Below, piece after piece: positions 50,613-61,879 of a DNA stretch of 64,000 nucleotides. The DNA is from Felis catus. Its lineage: Eukaryota. Location of the stretch: the NCBI RefSeq assembly GCF_018350175.1, contig NC_058383.1, positions 13,084,001 to 13,148,000 of the forward strand, in the 5' to 3' direction. The notes beneath the pieces are model-generated. The model had not been told where the DNA came from. It did no database searches and saw only the letters and a program-made list of their open reading frames with translations. The position numbers were made by a program, and so were the translations under genes. Position 1 is the first letter of the stretch; each line of letters starts with the position of its first letter.

Positions 50613-51205
50613 AAAATGGGAAAGGTACACAATGGCTGATTTTAGGATGAAATATACTGGATGGAAATGTGTCAAATTATTTCCCAAAAAGAGATCTGTG
50701 ATTTCTCTGTGGTGGCTTTTGGTATATTTTCATTTCATTTCAATTGAATACTCTTTAATTCTAATTACATTCTTAAAAATAGTGTAAGCATATATATTTT
50801 CTTAACATACAGTGTTATAGTAGTTTCAGGTGTACAGTATGGTGATTCAACAATTCTGTATATTATTCAGTGCTCGTTATGGTAAGTGTATTCTCAGTCC
50901 CCTTCACCCATTTCACCCATTCCGCCAACGACCTCCCTTCAGGTGACCACCAGTTTATTTTCTATATTTGAGAGTCTGTTTTTTTTTTGTTTGTCCCTTT
51001 TTCTTTTTGTTCATTTATTTTGTTCCTTAAATTCCACCTATGAGCAAAATCTTACAGTATTTGTCTTTCTCTGATTTATTTCACTTAACATTATAATACC
51101 CTCTAGAGCCATCCATGTAGTTGCAAATAGCAAGATTTCATTCTTTTTTTATGGCTGATATTCCATGGTGTGTGTGTGTGTGTGTGTGTGTACCACATTT
51201 TCTTT

Positions 51206-51228
51206 TTTTTTTCTTTTTTAAATGTTTA

Positions 51229-51265
<37 letters not shown>

Positions 51266-51432
51266 ACAGGTTGGGGAGGGGCAGAGAAAGAAAGAGACAC
51301 AGCATGAGAAGCAGGGTCCAGGCTCTGAGCTGTCAACACAGAGCCTGATGCGAGGCTCGAACCCACAAACTGTGAGATCATGCCCTGAGCTGAAGTTGCA
51401 TGCTTAACTGACTGAACCACCCAGTTGCCCCC
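51206..51432 (-). mobile_element. CAN-SINE inserted in the tail of the adjacent SINE
   Basis: Body ending CACCCAGTTGCCCC; the pair shares the outer TSD TACCACATTTTCTTT (51191-51205 / 51678-51692). Confidence 0.92.
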
Positions 51433-51675
51433 TTTTTTTCTTTCTTAAAAAAGTTTTTAAAAAATGTTTACTTATTTTGAGAGAGAAAGCATGAGTCAGG
51501 GAGGGAGGAGGGTCAGAGTGAGAGAGAGAGAGAGGAGAGAGAGAGAATCTGAAGCAGGCTCCACACTGTCAGCTCAGAACCTGATGTGGGGTTTGAACTC
51601 ATGAAACTGTGAGATCATGACCTGACCTGAGATCAAGGGCCAGACACTCAATCGACTGAGCCACCCAGGCGCCTC
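51433..51675 (-). mobile_element. Older CAN-SINE
   Basis: GAGATCATGACCTGACCTGAGATCAAG...CCACCCAGGCGCCTC. Confidence 0.92.
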
Positions 51676-52140
51676 TATACCACATTTTCTTTATCCATTC
51701 ATTTGTCGATTGACACTTGGGTTGTGTCCATATCTTGGCTATTGTAAATAATGATGCAGTAAACACAGGGGTGCAAATATCTTTTTGAATTAGCATTTTC
51801 ATATTCTTTAGGCAAATACCTGGTAGTATTACTGGATCACATGGTAGTTCTGTTTTTTAATTGTTTTGAGGAACCTCCATACCATTTTCCACAGTGACTG
51901 CACTAGTTTGCATTCCCACCGTCAGTGCATGAGAATTCCTTTTTCTACACAAACTCAGAAACACTTGTTTCTTGTGTTGTTGATTTTAGCCATTTTGACA
52001 GGTGTGAAGTGATATTTCATTGTGGTTTTGATTTGTATTTCCCTGATGGTGAGTGATGTTGAGCATCTTTTCATGTGTCTGTTGGCCATCTGGATGTCTT
52101 CTTTGGAGAAATGTCTGTTTATGTCTTCTGTCCATTTTTT

Positions 52141-52182
52141 AAAAAGTTTATTTATTTTGAGAGAGAGTGTGAGCAGATGAGG

Positions 52183-52238
<56 letters not shown>

Positions 52239-52365
52239 CCCAAGCAGGTTCCAAGCTGATACCACAGAGCCTGGTACAGGGCTTGAACTCATGAACCCAT
52301 GAGATCATGACCTGAGCTGAAACCAAGAGTCAGACACTTGACTGACTGAGCCACCCAGATGCCCT
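52141..52365 (-). mobile_element. CAN-SINE with long (GA)n
   Basis: GAGAATCCCAAGCAGG...CCACCCAGATGCCC; TSD-like TCTTCTGTCCATTTTT / TCTTCTGCTATTTTT. Confidence 0.92.
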
Positions 52366-52735
52366 TCTTCTGCTATTTTTAATTGGATTTTTATCATTTT
52401 TGTTGTTATTGTTGAGTTGTTTAAGTTCTTTATATACTTTAGATACTAACCCCTTACCAGATATATCATTTGCAAATATTTTCTCCTACTCAGTAGGTTT
52501 TCTTTTGTTTTGTTGGTTGTTGGTTTGTTTTGTTTCATTGTCTTTGCTGTGCAGAAGGCTTTTATTTTGATGTAGTCCCAATAGTTTATTTTTGCTTTTA
52601 TTTCCCTTGCCTCAGGAGAAATATCTAGAAAAATGTTGCTAAGACCTATGTTAGCAACATTATTACTTATGATCTCTTCTAGGATTTTTATGGTTTCAGG
52701 TCTCACATTTAGGTCCTTAATCCATTTTGAGTTTG

Positions 52736-52739
52736 TGTG

Positions 52740-52781
<42 letters not shown>

Positions 52782-52802
52782 TGCGCGTGCGTGCGTGTGT
52801 AT
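52736..52802. repeat. (TG)n/(CG) compound microsatellite
   Basis: Alternating purine-pyrimidine run read directly from the sequence. Confidence 0.95.
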
Positions 52803-53670
52803 GGTGTGAGAAAGTGGTCCAGTTTCATTCTTTGGCATGTCACTGTCCAGTTTTCCCAACACTATTTGTTGAAGAGACTGTCTTTTTTCCATTGCATATT
52901 CTTGCCTCCTTTGTCGCAGATTAATTGACCATATAATTGTGGGTTTATTTCTGGGTTCTATATTTTGTTTCATTGATCTGTGTGTCTGTTTTTAGGCCAG
53001 TACCATACTGTTTTAATTACTACAACTTTGTGGTATGTATCTTGCAATCTAGGAATGTGATTTCTCCGGTTTTGTTCTTGTTTTTCTAGTGTAAGCATGG
53101 TGAGAATTATTTCTCTGATCACCTCTCATAATCAAGCACTGCCACAGAATTTGTGGTCCAGTTTTCCAAGTTTAGATCAAATAACATCAAGATGTGCTCT
53201 GTATAGATTTTGTAGGAGTTTTATTGAAGACTGGGGATAGAGTCATCCATAAATGGCAAAGTCATGCCATAGCAGTAAATACCACATTTACGTATTAGCA
53301 CAAATTCTAGCTTAGAAAGGACAGATTTGAAGATCAGAGCAGTGAGTATGGTAGTAAATGTGCAAGGAAGAATTTTTTTCAGTTACATCAGTAGTTGTTT
53401 CAGGTACCTGTTTTAGTGAGATTTCAGTATTGCATTTTACTTACCTTCAACTCAGCAAAAAGTGTTAGGAAAGTTTTAGGGGAACCTCTTTAAAATGGCA
53501 TCCTAAGTTTGCTCATCAGCCATTGTAGCCAATTATAAGGTCTGATTATCTGGGCCTCCTCCAGTCACTGGTTCACTGGTTTTAGGTTCTTTGAGCTGCT
53601 ACCATGGAGCTGGACCTCCAGGAGATTCTGCATATCTGTTATGAACTCAGGGCTTATTCTAGAACATCTT

Positions 53671-53918
53671 TTTTTTTTTTTTTTAAGATTTTTATGTATT
53701 TTTAAAATTTTTGAATGTTTATTTATTTTTGAGAGACAGAGAGAGAAAGAGCATGAGAGGGGTGGGGCAGAGTGAGAGAGAGGGAGACACAGAATCTGAA
53801 GCAGGCTGTAGCCTCTGAGCCATCAGCACAGAGCCCAGTGCGGGGCTCAAACTCGTCAACCAGGAGATCATGACTTGAGCCAAAGTCGGACGCTTAACCA
53901 CTGAGCCACCCAGCCCCC
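53671..53918 (-). mobile_element. CAN-SINE
   Basis: GAGACACAGAATCTGAAGCAGG...AAGTCGGACGCTTAACC; flanking repeat AACATCTT. Confidence 0.93.
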
Positions 53919-56900
53919 CTCAAACATCTTAATTTTGAGAACCTTGGTCATATTAACTTCCAGTATTTCTTGACTGAGCTAAGTTAGATGTTGAGAATAT
54001 CATGTGATTACATTTCTTGTGTCTTTAGGCCTTTTTGTTTCCAGAAGAGCGTTGTAATTTTTTATTGTTTAGAAAATAGGAAGGACGGTAGTTTCTGAGT
54101 TCTTTGCCTTCTGATCAGGATTGTATTTTCATTTTATCCATTTGTGCTCTGAAATTGCAGAGCTAGGTAAGAGCCTGTGCTACTTAATAGCGTACCTAGA
54201 GCCACTGAAAGCTGAGAATGGGGACAGTGAGCCTCTCTGATCATATAGAGTGGATAGTAGCCGTCACTTTTTACTTGGTTCCTTTGTGGACTCACTAAAT
54301 CCACACAGTGAATTAACTAAGGCTGTTTGAGAAACAGCCAGTGAGATAATGAACACTTTTATGCTTTTTAAAATGACTATGGGGAGTCTGATCAGAAGAG
54401 GCAATTCCAAAATGGCAGCTGGATTTTCATTGTTCCTCTGGGACTTGCATTGAGAAGTACGCTTTTAGCTGATTTTCCCTTTAACAGGAATTCATTAGGG
54501 CTATCCATTAGCCAATGAACTATAAGAAAAGGGAGGAGGTTAGTTATTTCGGAGAGGAAGAATGAGACTTTAACTCTTAGCTAATTATAGTTGGGTGGAT
54601 GAGAAAAACTTCCCTCCCCCCAAATCTGGAAAATTGATTTAAAGACCTTGGATTTTATTTAGAAATAAGGAAAAGCAGACTGTTTTAGTCACTTAAAATT
54701 TTGTGTTTCTCCTTAGATGTACCCAAAGAGATAGTGCCCAGATTTTAATTTCTAGGTACCTCATTAGTAAATTGGTTTTTGTATGCTTTTATGGCACTTT
54801 CTTATTTCTAACGATTGAGACTTTTTTATGTAATTTTTCCCTGAAGGGATAACATTTACGTTTTTTTCTCTTCCAAAAACAGTTAAAGTGTGAAAGTATT
54901 AATTTATACTTGTGCTACCCATACTTCTTGATATAAAGATAAAAAAGATACTAAATTAAAAAATGAAAATAATCAAAGTGAAGCACTCACTAAATTATTA
55001 AAATGTTAATGTGATTACAAATGGAAATAGTTTATGGGCAGTAGCAGGTGGACTGAGACTCCCCCTTCAACTATCCACAAAGTTTGGACAATTTGAGGGA
55101 GAGGAAGTGAATTCTGGTGTAGTCAGCTTTCTAATTACTTCTGCTATTTAAAATCTAAGTAAATTAGTGAAAAGTGCACTGCACTTAACTAGTAGTCATA
55201 ATGGTAACTTGAGTGTAGAACTCGCATGACCTTGGGCATGAGTTTTTGCCTCTCTGGATCATAGTTTCCCAATCATCTGAACTGTACTATTGAACTAGAT
55301 CATGGTTCTCTGTTATGTGTTTTCATGGGAAATGTGGCAATATATTAGGAGCTGTCTCAAGTCTCAGTATAATCCCAGCAGATGTATCCTTGCATATTTG
55401 TTTTACCTGAGATTTTTGCCAAAACATTAATTTTATACTTTAAAGGAAACATACCGAAGACTAAATGACATTTAGATGTATTTATATGGTGATGGATGTA
55501 TCACCAAAACGGAAAGAAGTATGCTAACACCAGGTCACAGAAAAGCATTCCCTGGTTTTGTATTTACTGTTCTCTGCTGTTAAGGGCACTTTCACGGACA
55601 AATTTGATGACATTAGATGATACATTTGATAATACATTAGATGACAATTAAAATCTTCCTATTCTAAAGTTGCATAACTGTGAGAACATTTACATTTAGA
55701 ATCACCCTCTTCTTTATGCAAAGAAGAGTTCATGTATTTTATTTCCATGAAACCTATCTCCATGTTGTTTGATAACAGCTCTTTTAAGAGATCCTGTCCT
55801 GAAAGGAAGGGACTTAGTGTTGGCACTGGAGGGTGGCGCAGTGCCATACGCACGCAGACACTCCTGGTACCACCCTTCCAGCCCCTCTGTTCCTCCGTTG
55901 CTAATGCCCAATATTGTTATGTTCCTTTTTTTCCCTTCCATTTCAGCCTGGATTGTGGCAGAATGGAAATCCATGTTTCTGAATTTAGTATGGTTTTTTT
56001 TTTTTTCCCTTTGTCCTATCTTCAGCAACAATATAAATACTCTGATGGCAGCTGCTGTATTAAGCCCAAGAGCTTAAAAGATTAAAGAAACCACTAACAG
56101 CAGTCAGGAGGAAGTTTAAGGGTCTGTTTTTTCTGAAGGTTTGCGTTTTCATTCTGGTGGTTGAGTAGAAAATTGCAAACAGGTTGTGTTCAGCAGCTGG
56201 AATGTTCTTCCACATCTGGGGAGACCCAGCCTTCTGTTCATTTCCCATTAGTGGAAGGGTAGCCGGCCTGAGGTGGAAACTGCAGGCAGAGATACTAGAA
56301 TTCTTTGTGTGTATAGTCAGTAGAACTTTTCTGTAGAATGTTTTCATAGAAATGCCAACTTGTTCTCCATTCTTCCACTAGCTTTACTGAGTTCTTAATC
56401 TCAAGGCAGTTGCTGAAGAGAGGCCCAAATAAGATAATATATGTACCTCCCAATGACTTAACCCCTAAACAGGAATTGTTTTGGTTCTTGGTAAATTCCT
56501 ATGTGGGAGTCTAGAGGAGGCCTGCCCCTCCACCTTTCTCTGCATGTATCTCTCAGGCTTTTATCCTTGGGAATTTAGTTTGTGGCTGCTAAAACCCAGG
56601 AGGCCCTGCCTCCATGATGCATCATAGGTTCAGCCTGTGTTATACATTTCCTGCTTCTTACTCCTGATGGATATTTCATAGGGTGAACCTGAGGAAATCC
56701 AGAACATCTGCTGATTTGTTGATGGATCCTTAAAGTTTTTAGGGTTAGATGTAGGTTACTTTACTCTTCCTGTGTTTGTTTGTTTGTTTTTTACCATCAT
56801 TTGTCCCATTGCAGTTAGTATTTTAGAGCTAGATGGGGAGCCCCGCAATGCCTTCAGGTGCTGAGCGGATGTCATAATTGTGTGACTTTTCCCTTATGAT

Positions 56901-57054
56901 GTAATAGAGAGGGGTGGGGCCGAGGGCAGACTGCAGTCTTGTTCCTGCTTCAGGCAGTCAGAACCATTTGAAAAAAAAAAAAAAAAAAGGCAATGTGCTG
57001 GTCAATAAAATAGGACTGTCAGTTCAATTGGTATATTTAAAAAAAAAAGCAATC

Positions 57055-57244
57055 ATTTATTTTGAGAGAGAGAAAGTGCAAGCGCACAATCAGGGCAGGA
57101 GTGGATAGAGAGGGAGAGAGAGAATCCCAAGCAGGCACCACAGTCACAGAGCCTGATGTAGGGCTCAAACCCACGAACCGTGAGATCATGACCTGAGCCA
57201 AAATCAAGAGTTGGACACTTACTGATTGAGCCACCCAGGTGCCC
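57055..57244 (-). mobile_element. Older CAN-SINE
   Basis: GAGATCATGACCTGAGCCAAAATCAAGAGTTGG...CCACCCAGGTGCCC. Confidence 0.9.
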
Positions 57245-57269
57245 ATCACCTGTTCTTGTTGGATAACTT

Positions 57270-57420
57270 CCATATTTTGTAGATGGGGAAAGAGAAGCTG
57301 AGAGAGTTTTGCTTTCCTCAAGGTCACAAAGCTGGCCAGTGGCCCAACTAGGTCTAGAACCTGTTCCCCTGGGCTATATGAAAAAATCAAATGGTCCAAG
57401 TTCAATCATTACTGGCACTT
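57270..57420 (-). mobile_element. MIR
   Basis: TTTTGTAGATGGGGAAAGAGAAGCTGAGAGAG...CAAGGTCACAAAGCTGGCCAGTGGC. Confidence 0.7.
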
Positions 57421-58019
57421 GTGATCATATGTATGCACAGACCAAGGCTTTATTGTTTGGAATCTAGTATTTTAGGATTATTAAAGCTAATCTAGCTTTT
57501 AGAGAAACCAAATGGATTTTGGAGATTGTAAAGAACCCATTGTGATGGCTGGAACGGCTCGTAAGTGGAGCTCCCAGACAGTTCGATTTGCAATTGTTCT
57601 GTAACACCATATGGATTTCCAAGTAAATACATTTTGCATATTGCTTACAAATTGTCTTCATGAATAATGAAAGCTGTGCTACAGGAAGCTAGAGATTATG
57701 AGAGGCCTTTTTTCTTCTTCTAAACTGTATTTCATTCCTTTGTTTCTTTTGCTTTTATTTTCTGTGGCCTCAAGGGTATGTGTTTGAGTTGGAGGGTGAT
57801 TGGGAGGGAGAGTGCTATTATAGGTTTTTCAACATCTGTGTTTTTTTATGAAACCATCTCTTTTGCTACCAAAGAGGGCTTACTAGTTTGAATACGGTAC
57901 ACTCTGGACCATGCTTTCTCCTGTGCTGATCTGTGCTATGTTTTGTTTAATTTCCTTTTGTTTAACTAAGCTTCCTTAACAGAGTTGTGTGCTTCTCTAA
58001 GGGAACGTGTCCTCTGCCA

Positions 58020-58225
58020 TTAATACCTACTATGTGCTGGGTACTCTCTGGGCACCTCCATGATTGCCAGTAACTCTCCTAAGGTGTTGTCATCTCCACA
58101 TTTTAGGTAAAGAAAGCAAAGGCCTAGAGATTGTGTCTTCCCTAATTATACACCTAGAAAGTGTAGAACTGGCATTCAGATGCAAATCTAATAATTGAAG
58201 CCCAGAAGCCAAACTGCTTCTTTGC
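58020..58225 (-). mobile_element. MIR
   Basis: ACCTACTATGTGCTGGGTACT...CATTTTAGGTAAAGAAAGCAAAGGCCTAGAGA. Confidence 0.65.
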
Positions 58226-58257
58226 CTTCTCTCTCCTCACCTAGCATTTTGACCATT

Positions 58258-58320
58258 TGGAAACTCCTTGGAATGAGACGCCAGCACAATGTGCTGGCGT
58301 CTCATTCCAAGGAGTTTCCA
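58258..58320. repeat. Perfect inverted repeat, 31-bp arms with 1-bp spacer
   Basis: TGGAAACTCCTTGGAATGAGACGCCAGCACA-A-TGTGCTGGCGTCTCATTCCAAGGAGTTTCCA. Confidence 0.98.
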
Positions 58321-58336
58321 TATTCTTTTGTCTAGA

Positions 58337-58520
58337 GCATGGCTTTCAAAATGTTTTACCCCAATCCATACAGTTAGAAATGCAGTTTATATCATGGTCA
58401 AGTGTACATGCTTGAGCATGCACATGCACAAATGCATGAACAGCCATGCTTACATATAAAGCTGAAACAAAGTTTTATTAAATGATCCCTTCTAACATTT
58501 CCTTTTCTGTTCTCTTCCAC

Positions 58521-58570
<50 letters not shown>

Positions 58571-58627
58571 TGGTCATTACCCATGTAATTGATTTTATGA
58601 CCCAGGACACGTGTAGTTGAGCACTGA
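58337..58627 (-). mobile_element. MER113-like hAT-Charlie fossil containing (AC)23 at 58523-58568
   Basis: CTTTCAAAATGTTTT...ACAGTTAGAAATGCAGTTTATATCATG...CTGAAACAAAGTTTTA...TAATTGATTTTATGACCCA; family assignment from recall. Confidence 0.55.
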
Positions 58628-58683
58628 CTGGAGTGGAGCTGTTGACCTAGGACACCTGTAGTTGAGGAGCACTGACCTGGAGT

Positions 58684-59745
58684 GGAGCTGTCTAAGGTGG
58701 GGTACATGCCTCCCCCTCCCCCATGGGAATTTTAGGATAATCCATTTGCTCACAGGACAAAATAGTAGAAATTATGTTTAGATTTATTATCTTTAAGGAA
58801 GACACATGGAACATTATTGGAATTTAGTATTTGAGTTGGCATCTATTATCTGTGGGATAGTCAGTGCCCCATGGGGGGGGGGTGGGGTCAGGTGCCCTGA
58901 AGGGAGAGTGGAAGTTTTACAAAATGGCAGATTCCCTCAGCCTTTATTAGCCTTTTGTTCACTCTGTTGTGGACATGTTCCAGTTTGTATGGATCAGAAA
59001 GTGTGTTGCCAGGTTATACAATTTACTTTAAATTAACCCTCATGAAAAGGACAAGTGATTTTAAAAATTCCTTCAAATTAACTGTGGAATGAGGTACAAG
59101 CACAGGGGACATCAGGAAAATTGTTGAGTGTATATTGCCATTCTTTTTATGAGCTCCTTATCAACCTGTTACTAAGTACAGACAGCAACTACAGAATCCT
59201 ATCTAGTAAGAAGTTGGCCAGAGAGTTAAATTATAAAAATAATTGGGGGGGCGCCTGGGTGGCTCAGTCGGTTGGGCGTCCGACTTCGGCTCAGGTCACG
59301 ATCTTGCGGTCCATGAGTTCGAGCCCCGCGTCAGGCTCTGTGCTGACTGCTCAGAGCCTGGAGCCTGTTTCAGATTCTGTGTCTCCCTCTGTCTCTGACC
59401 CTCCCCCGTTTATGCTCTGTCTCTCTCTGTCTCAAAAATAAATAAACGTTAAAAAAATTTTTAAAAAAATAATTGGGAACTGAGGTTTATATCCATGATC
59501 ATTAATGATTGACTTTGGAAGTTGTATCTTGAGATAATAGCTAATGCCATTATGTGGAGTAAAACATTAAAACCTGTGTTCATTTTATCTATATAATCAC
59601 CCTGATATTTATTTGGATATTTTGTAACATGTAAAGTACATCAATGTCATATAAATAGTTGCATATGTATTAAAGGACTATGCTCAAAAAATTTTTTTAA
59701 TACTGATAAGGGTTTAAACTCAAAATTATGTGGAGATTATTCATG
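58684..59745. mobile_element. Charlie4-like hAT DNA transposon fossil split by a SINE
   Basis: AAGGTGGGGTACATG...GGACAAGTGATTTTAAAAA...CTTGAGATAATAGCTAATG...TGCTCAAAAAATTTTTTTAATACTGATA; family assignment from recall. Confidence 0.5.
59248..59464 (+). mobile_element. Young CAN-SINE
   Basis: CpG-rich; perfect TSD AAAAATAATTGGG at 59235-59247 and 59465-59477. Confidence 0.97.
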
Positions 59746-60228
59746 GTCTGGAGAACTGCCCGTAGAAGTGTCCAGTAATTATTAATGGGTATCTTGGGAT
59801 CCAGATGAAGAGTGAGAAGACAGTAGGAGACAGAGGATGGATGTATATGGACAAATTAGAGAACAACTCTCCCCAGGTGGATTCAGTTCTGAGGGCACAT
59901 GGTTTGGCGAACAACCAGTGCCTTTGTGCACATCACAAAAGTCTCCCCTTTCTCCTGGCAGAGCAGAGCAGCCCTGGGTTAGAGTATGTGACTTGGCAAG
60001 AGGCATAGTGTAGAATTTTGTCCCCCCCGCCCCCAGTCTTTCATCTCATTGCAGGTGTAGCTTACACAAGCAGGTGCAGGTACCAGTCCTAATGCTGAGG
60101 AAGAAGAGTGACCTTGGGAGACACTGATGAATGTAGGGAACAACAACCACCAGTCCTCCCTTGTATTTCTTTAGTCATTCAACTAGGTATTTATAGAACA
60201 CCTATTCTGTGCTAGACATGTTCTGCAA

Positions 60229-60449
60229 CAGGAGGCAGCAAACTTCAGCTTGATGGACAGACCTGATCTGGTGTCTGTTTCAGTAAATAAAGTTCTGTGT
60301 GGAACATAGTTGTACCCCTTCGTTTATGTGTTTTCTTTGGCTACTTGTGAGCTATAATGGCAGAGTGGAATAATTCCAACATAGTGTGGCCTGCAAAACC
60401 TGAAGTGTTTACTAACTGTCCCTTTACGGGAAAAGGTTGAGGACCCCTG
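60229..60449 (+). mobile_element. MER58A hAT-Charlie MITE
   Basis: CAGGAGGCAGCAAACT...GTAAATAAAGTT...TGGCCTGCAAAACCTGAAGTGTTTACT...GACCCCTG. Confidence 0.85.
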
Positions 60450-60758
60450 TTCTAGCACATGAATCTGTACTTGCTTCTGGTGCCACTCCACAGTAACTGA
60501 GCCATGGACTTTTTGGCTTCTCTTGTTTGCCCTGCTTGTCAGGAAACACCTCCATTGGAGCCATGGTAGGGCACGTTAGGGCAGAGGGGCAGAGCTAAAA
60601 GCATGCAGCCAGGGCACATCCATTGCTTAGGTGTCTACACAGGTAGTGTAGTGCAGAGAAGAGAACCAACGGCTAAGAGTCTAGAGACTGTGGAGACCTA
60701 TGACCTTCTCTTCGGGTCTCTGTTTCTTTCATTCTGCAAGTAGGATGTCACACTAGGT

Positions 60759-60947
60759 CAGTGATTCTCGGACTTGAACCAGCATCAGAATCATTAATAA
60801 GGCTCATTGAACAGATTGCTGGGCCCCACCCCACCCACCCAAGGTTTCTGATTCCATAGGTTGGGGGAGGGCCTGACAATTTATGCTTTTAACAAATTCT
60901 AGGTGTTGATGCTGCTGGTCTGGCAGCCTGCGCTTTGAGAGCCACTG
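60759..60947 (-). mobile_element. MER5A hAT-Charlie MITE
   Basis: TIRs CAGTGATTCTC / GAGAGCCACTG; CAGATTGCTGGGCCCCACCCC...GTTTCTGATTC. Confidence 0.88.
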
Positions 60948-61640
60948 GATTAGATCTTTAGTAAGAAGTTCCTGGAAGAGTAATTAGTCATCCTCAGATA
61001 GGCAATGTGCTGGACTGCTTTTGGTAGCCTATCTTTGGCATTGGCAAGGGAGAGGCTAGGGTGACACTGTGAGAAATGGTATTTGGAGAGGCCCCATATC
61101 CAAGATGCCTCTGTGATATATAAACCAGAGCCATCCTGGACTAACTTGTAAATTCTCACATTCTACCTATACAAGGGGGGATCTACAGGCTTCCTCTTAA
61201 TAATCAGCCATTCCAGATTTTGCCCATTGCCTCTGAAATTCTAGACCCTCCAGTGATCAGTCTTTTAGGGCACTGTGGAAGAATGAAATCTATAATGGCG
61301 GATTTATTTTCATCCTGTCTTCCCCATTCCTCCTACTATGACTGCGGTTCTCTTCCTTTTAAAAACTCTTCTTCCAGTTACTTTTTTTCTAAAAGTCATT
61401 TTCTTGGTTGCAATAAAGTGGTAACATTTCAAGATCTATAGGAAGCCCCATGGTGTGAGAAATGATGCAAGTTACTTGCAGGATAACCTTACCACTCTTC
61501 TCAGAAATTCTTGAGAGTATTCTATTGTCCTCATTTTCAAATGTAGTCATTATAAATTGGGCGCCAAAGAAGCTAAGTCATGTGTGACCTGTAAATTTAA
61601 ATATCCATGAGGATGACCATCAAAAACCATGCTACCCAGG

Positions 61641-61879
61641 TTTTTTTTTGTTGTTTGTTTTTTGTTTTTTTTTAAGTTTATTTTGAGAGGGAGGGAGGGA
61701 GGGAGTGAGGGGGAGTGGTCAGGGGCAGAGAGAGAGAGGGAGAGAGAGAATCCCAAGCAGGCTGTGTGTGCTGTCAGAATGGAGCTCTATGTGGGGCTCG
61801 ATCCCATGAACCTTGAGATCATGACCTCAGCCAAAATCAAGAGTCAGATGCTTAACCCACTGAGCCACCCAGGGGCCCC
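61641..61879 (-). mobile_element. Older CAN-SINE
   Basis: GAGAATCCCAAGCAGG...GAGATCATGACCTCAGCCAAAATCAAGAGTCAG...CCACCCAGGGGCCCC. Confidence 0.92.

Larger units (their letters stand above)
50792..53086 (-). mobile_element. 5'-truncated carnivore L1 containing three SINEs
   Basis: 3' UTR TTAACATACAGTGTTATAGTAGTTTCAGGTGTACA; ORF2 peptides [22 protein letters not shown] and [20 protein letters not shown]; perfect TSD TAGTGTAAGCAT at 50780-50791 and 53087-53098. Confidence 0.93.

Noticed and set aside
55659..56347. Cluster of 100-aa ORFs
   Set aside because: No domain similarity, homopolymer-derived F/K runs, no exon boundaries
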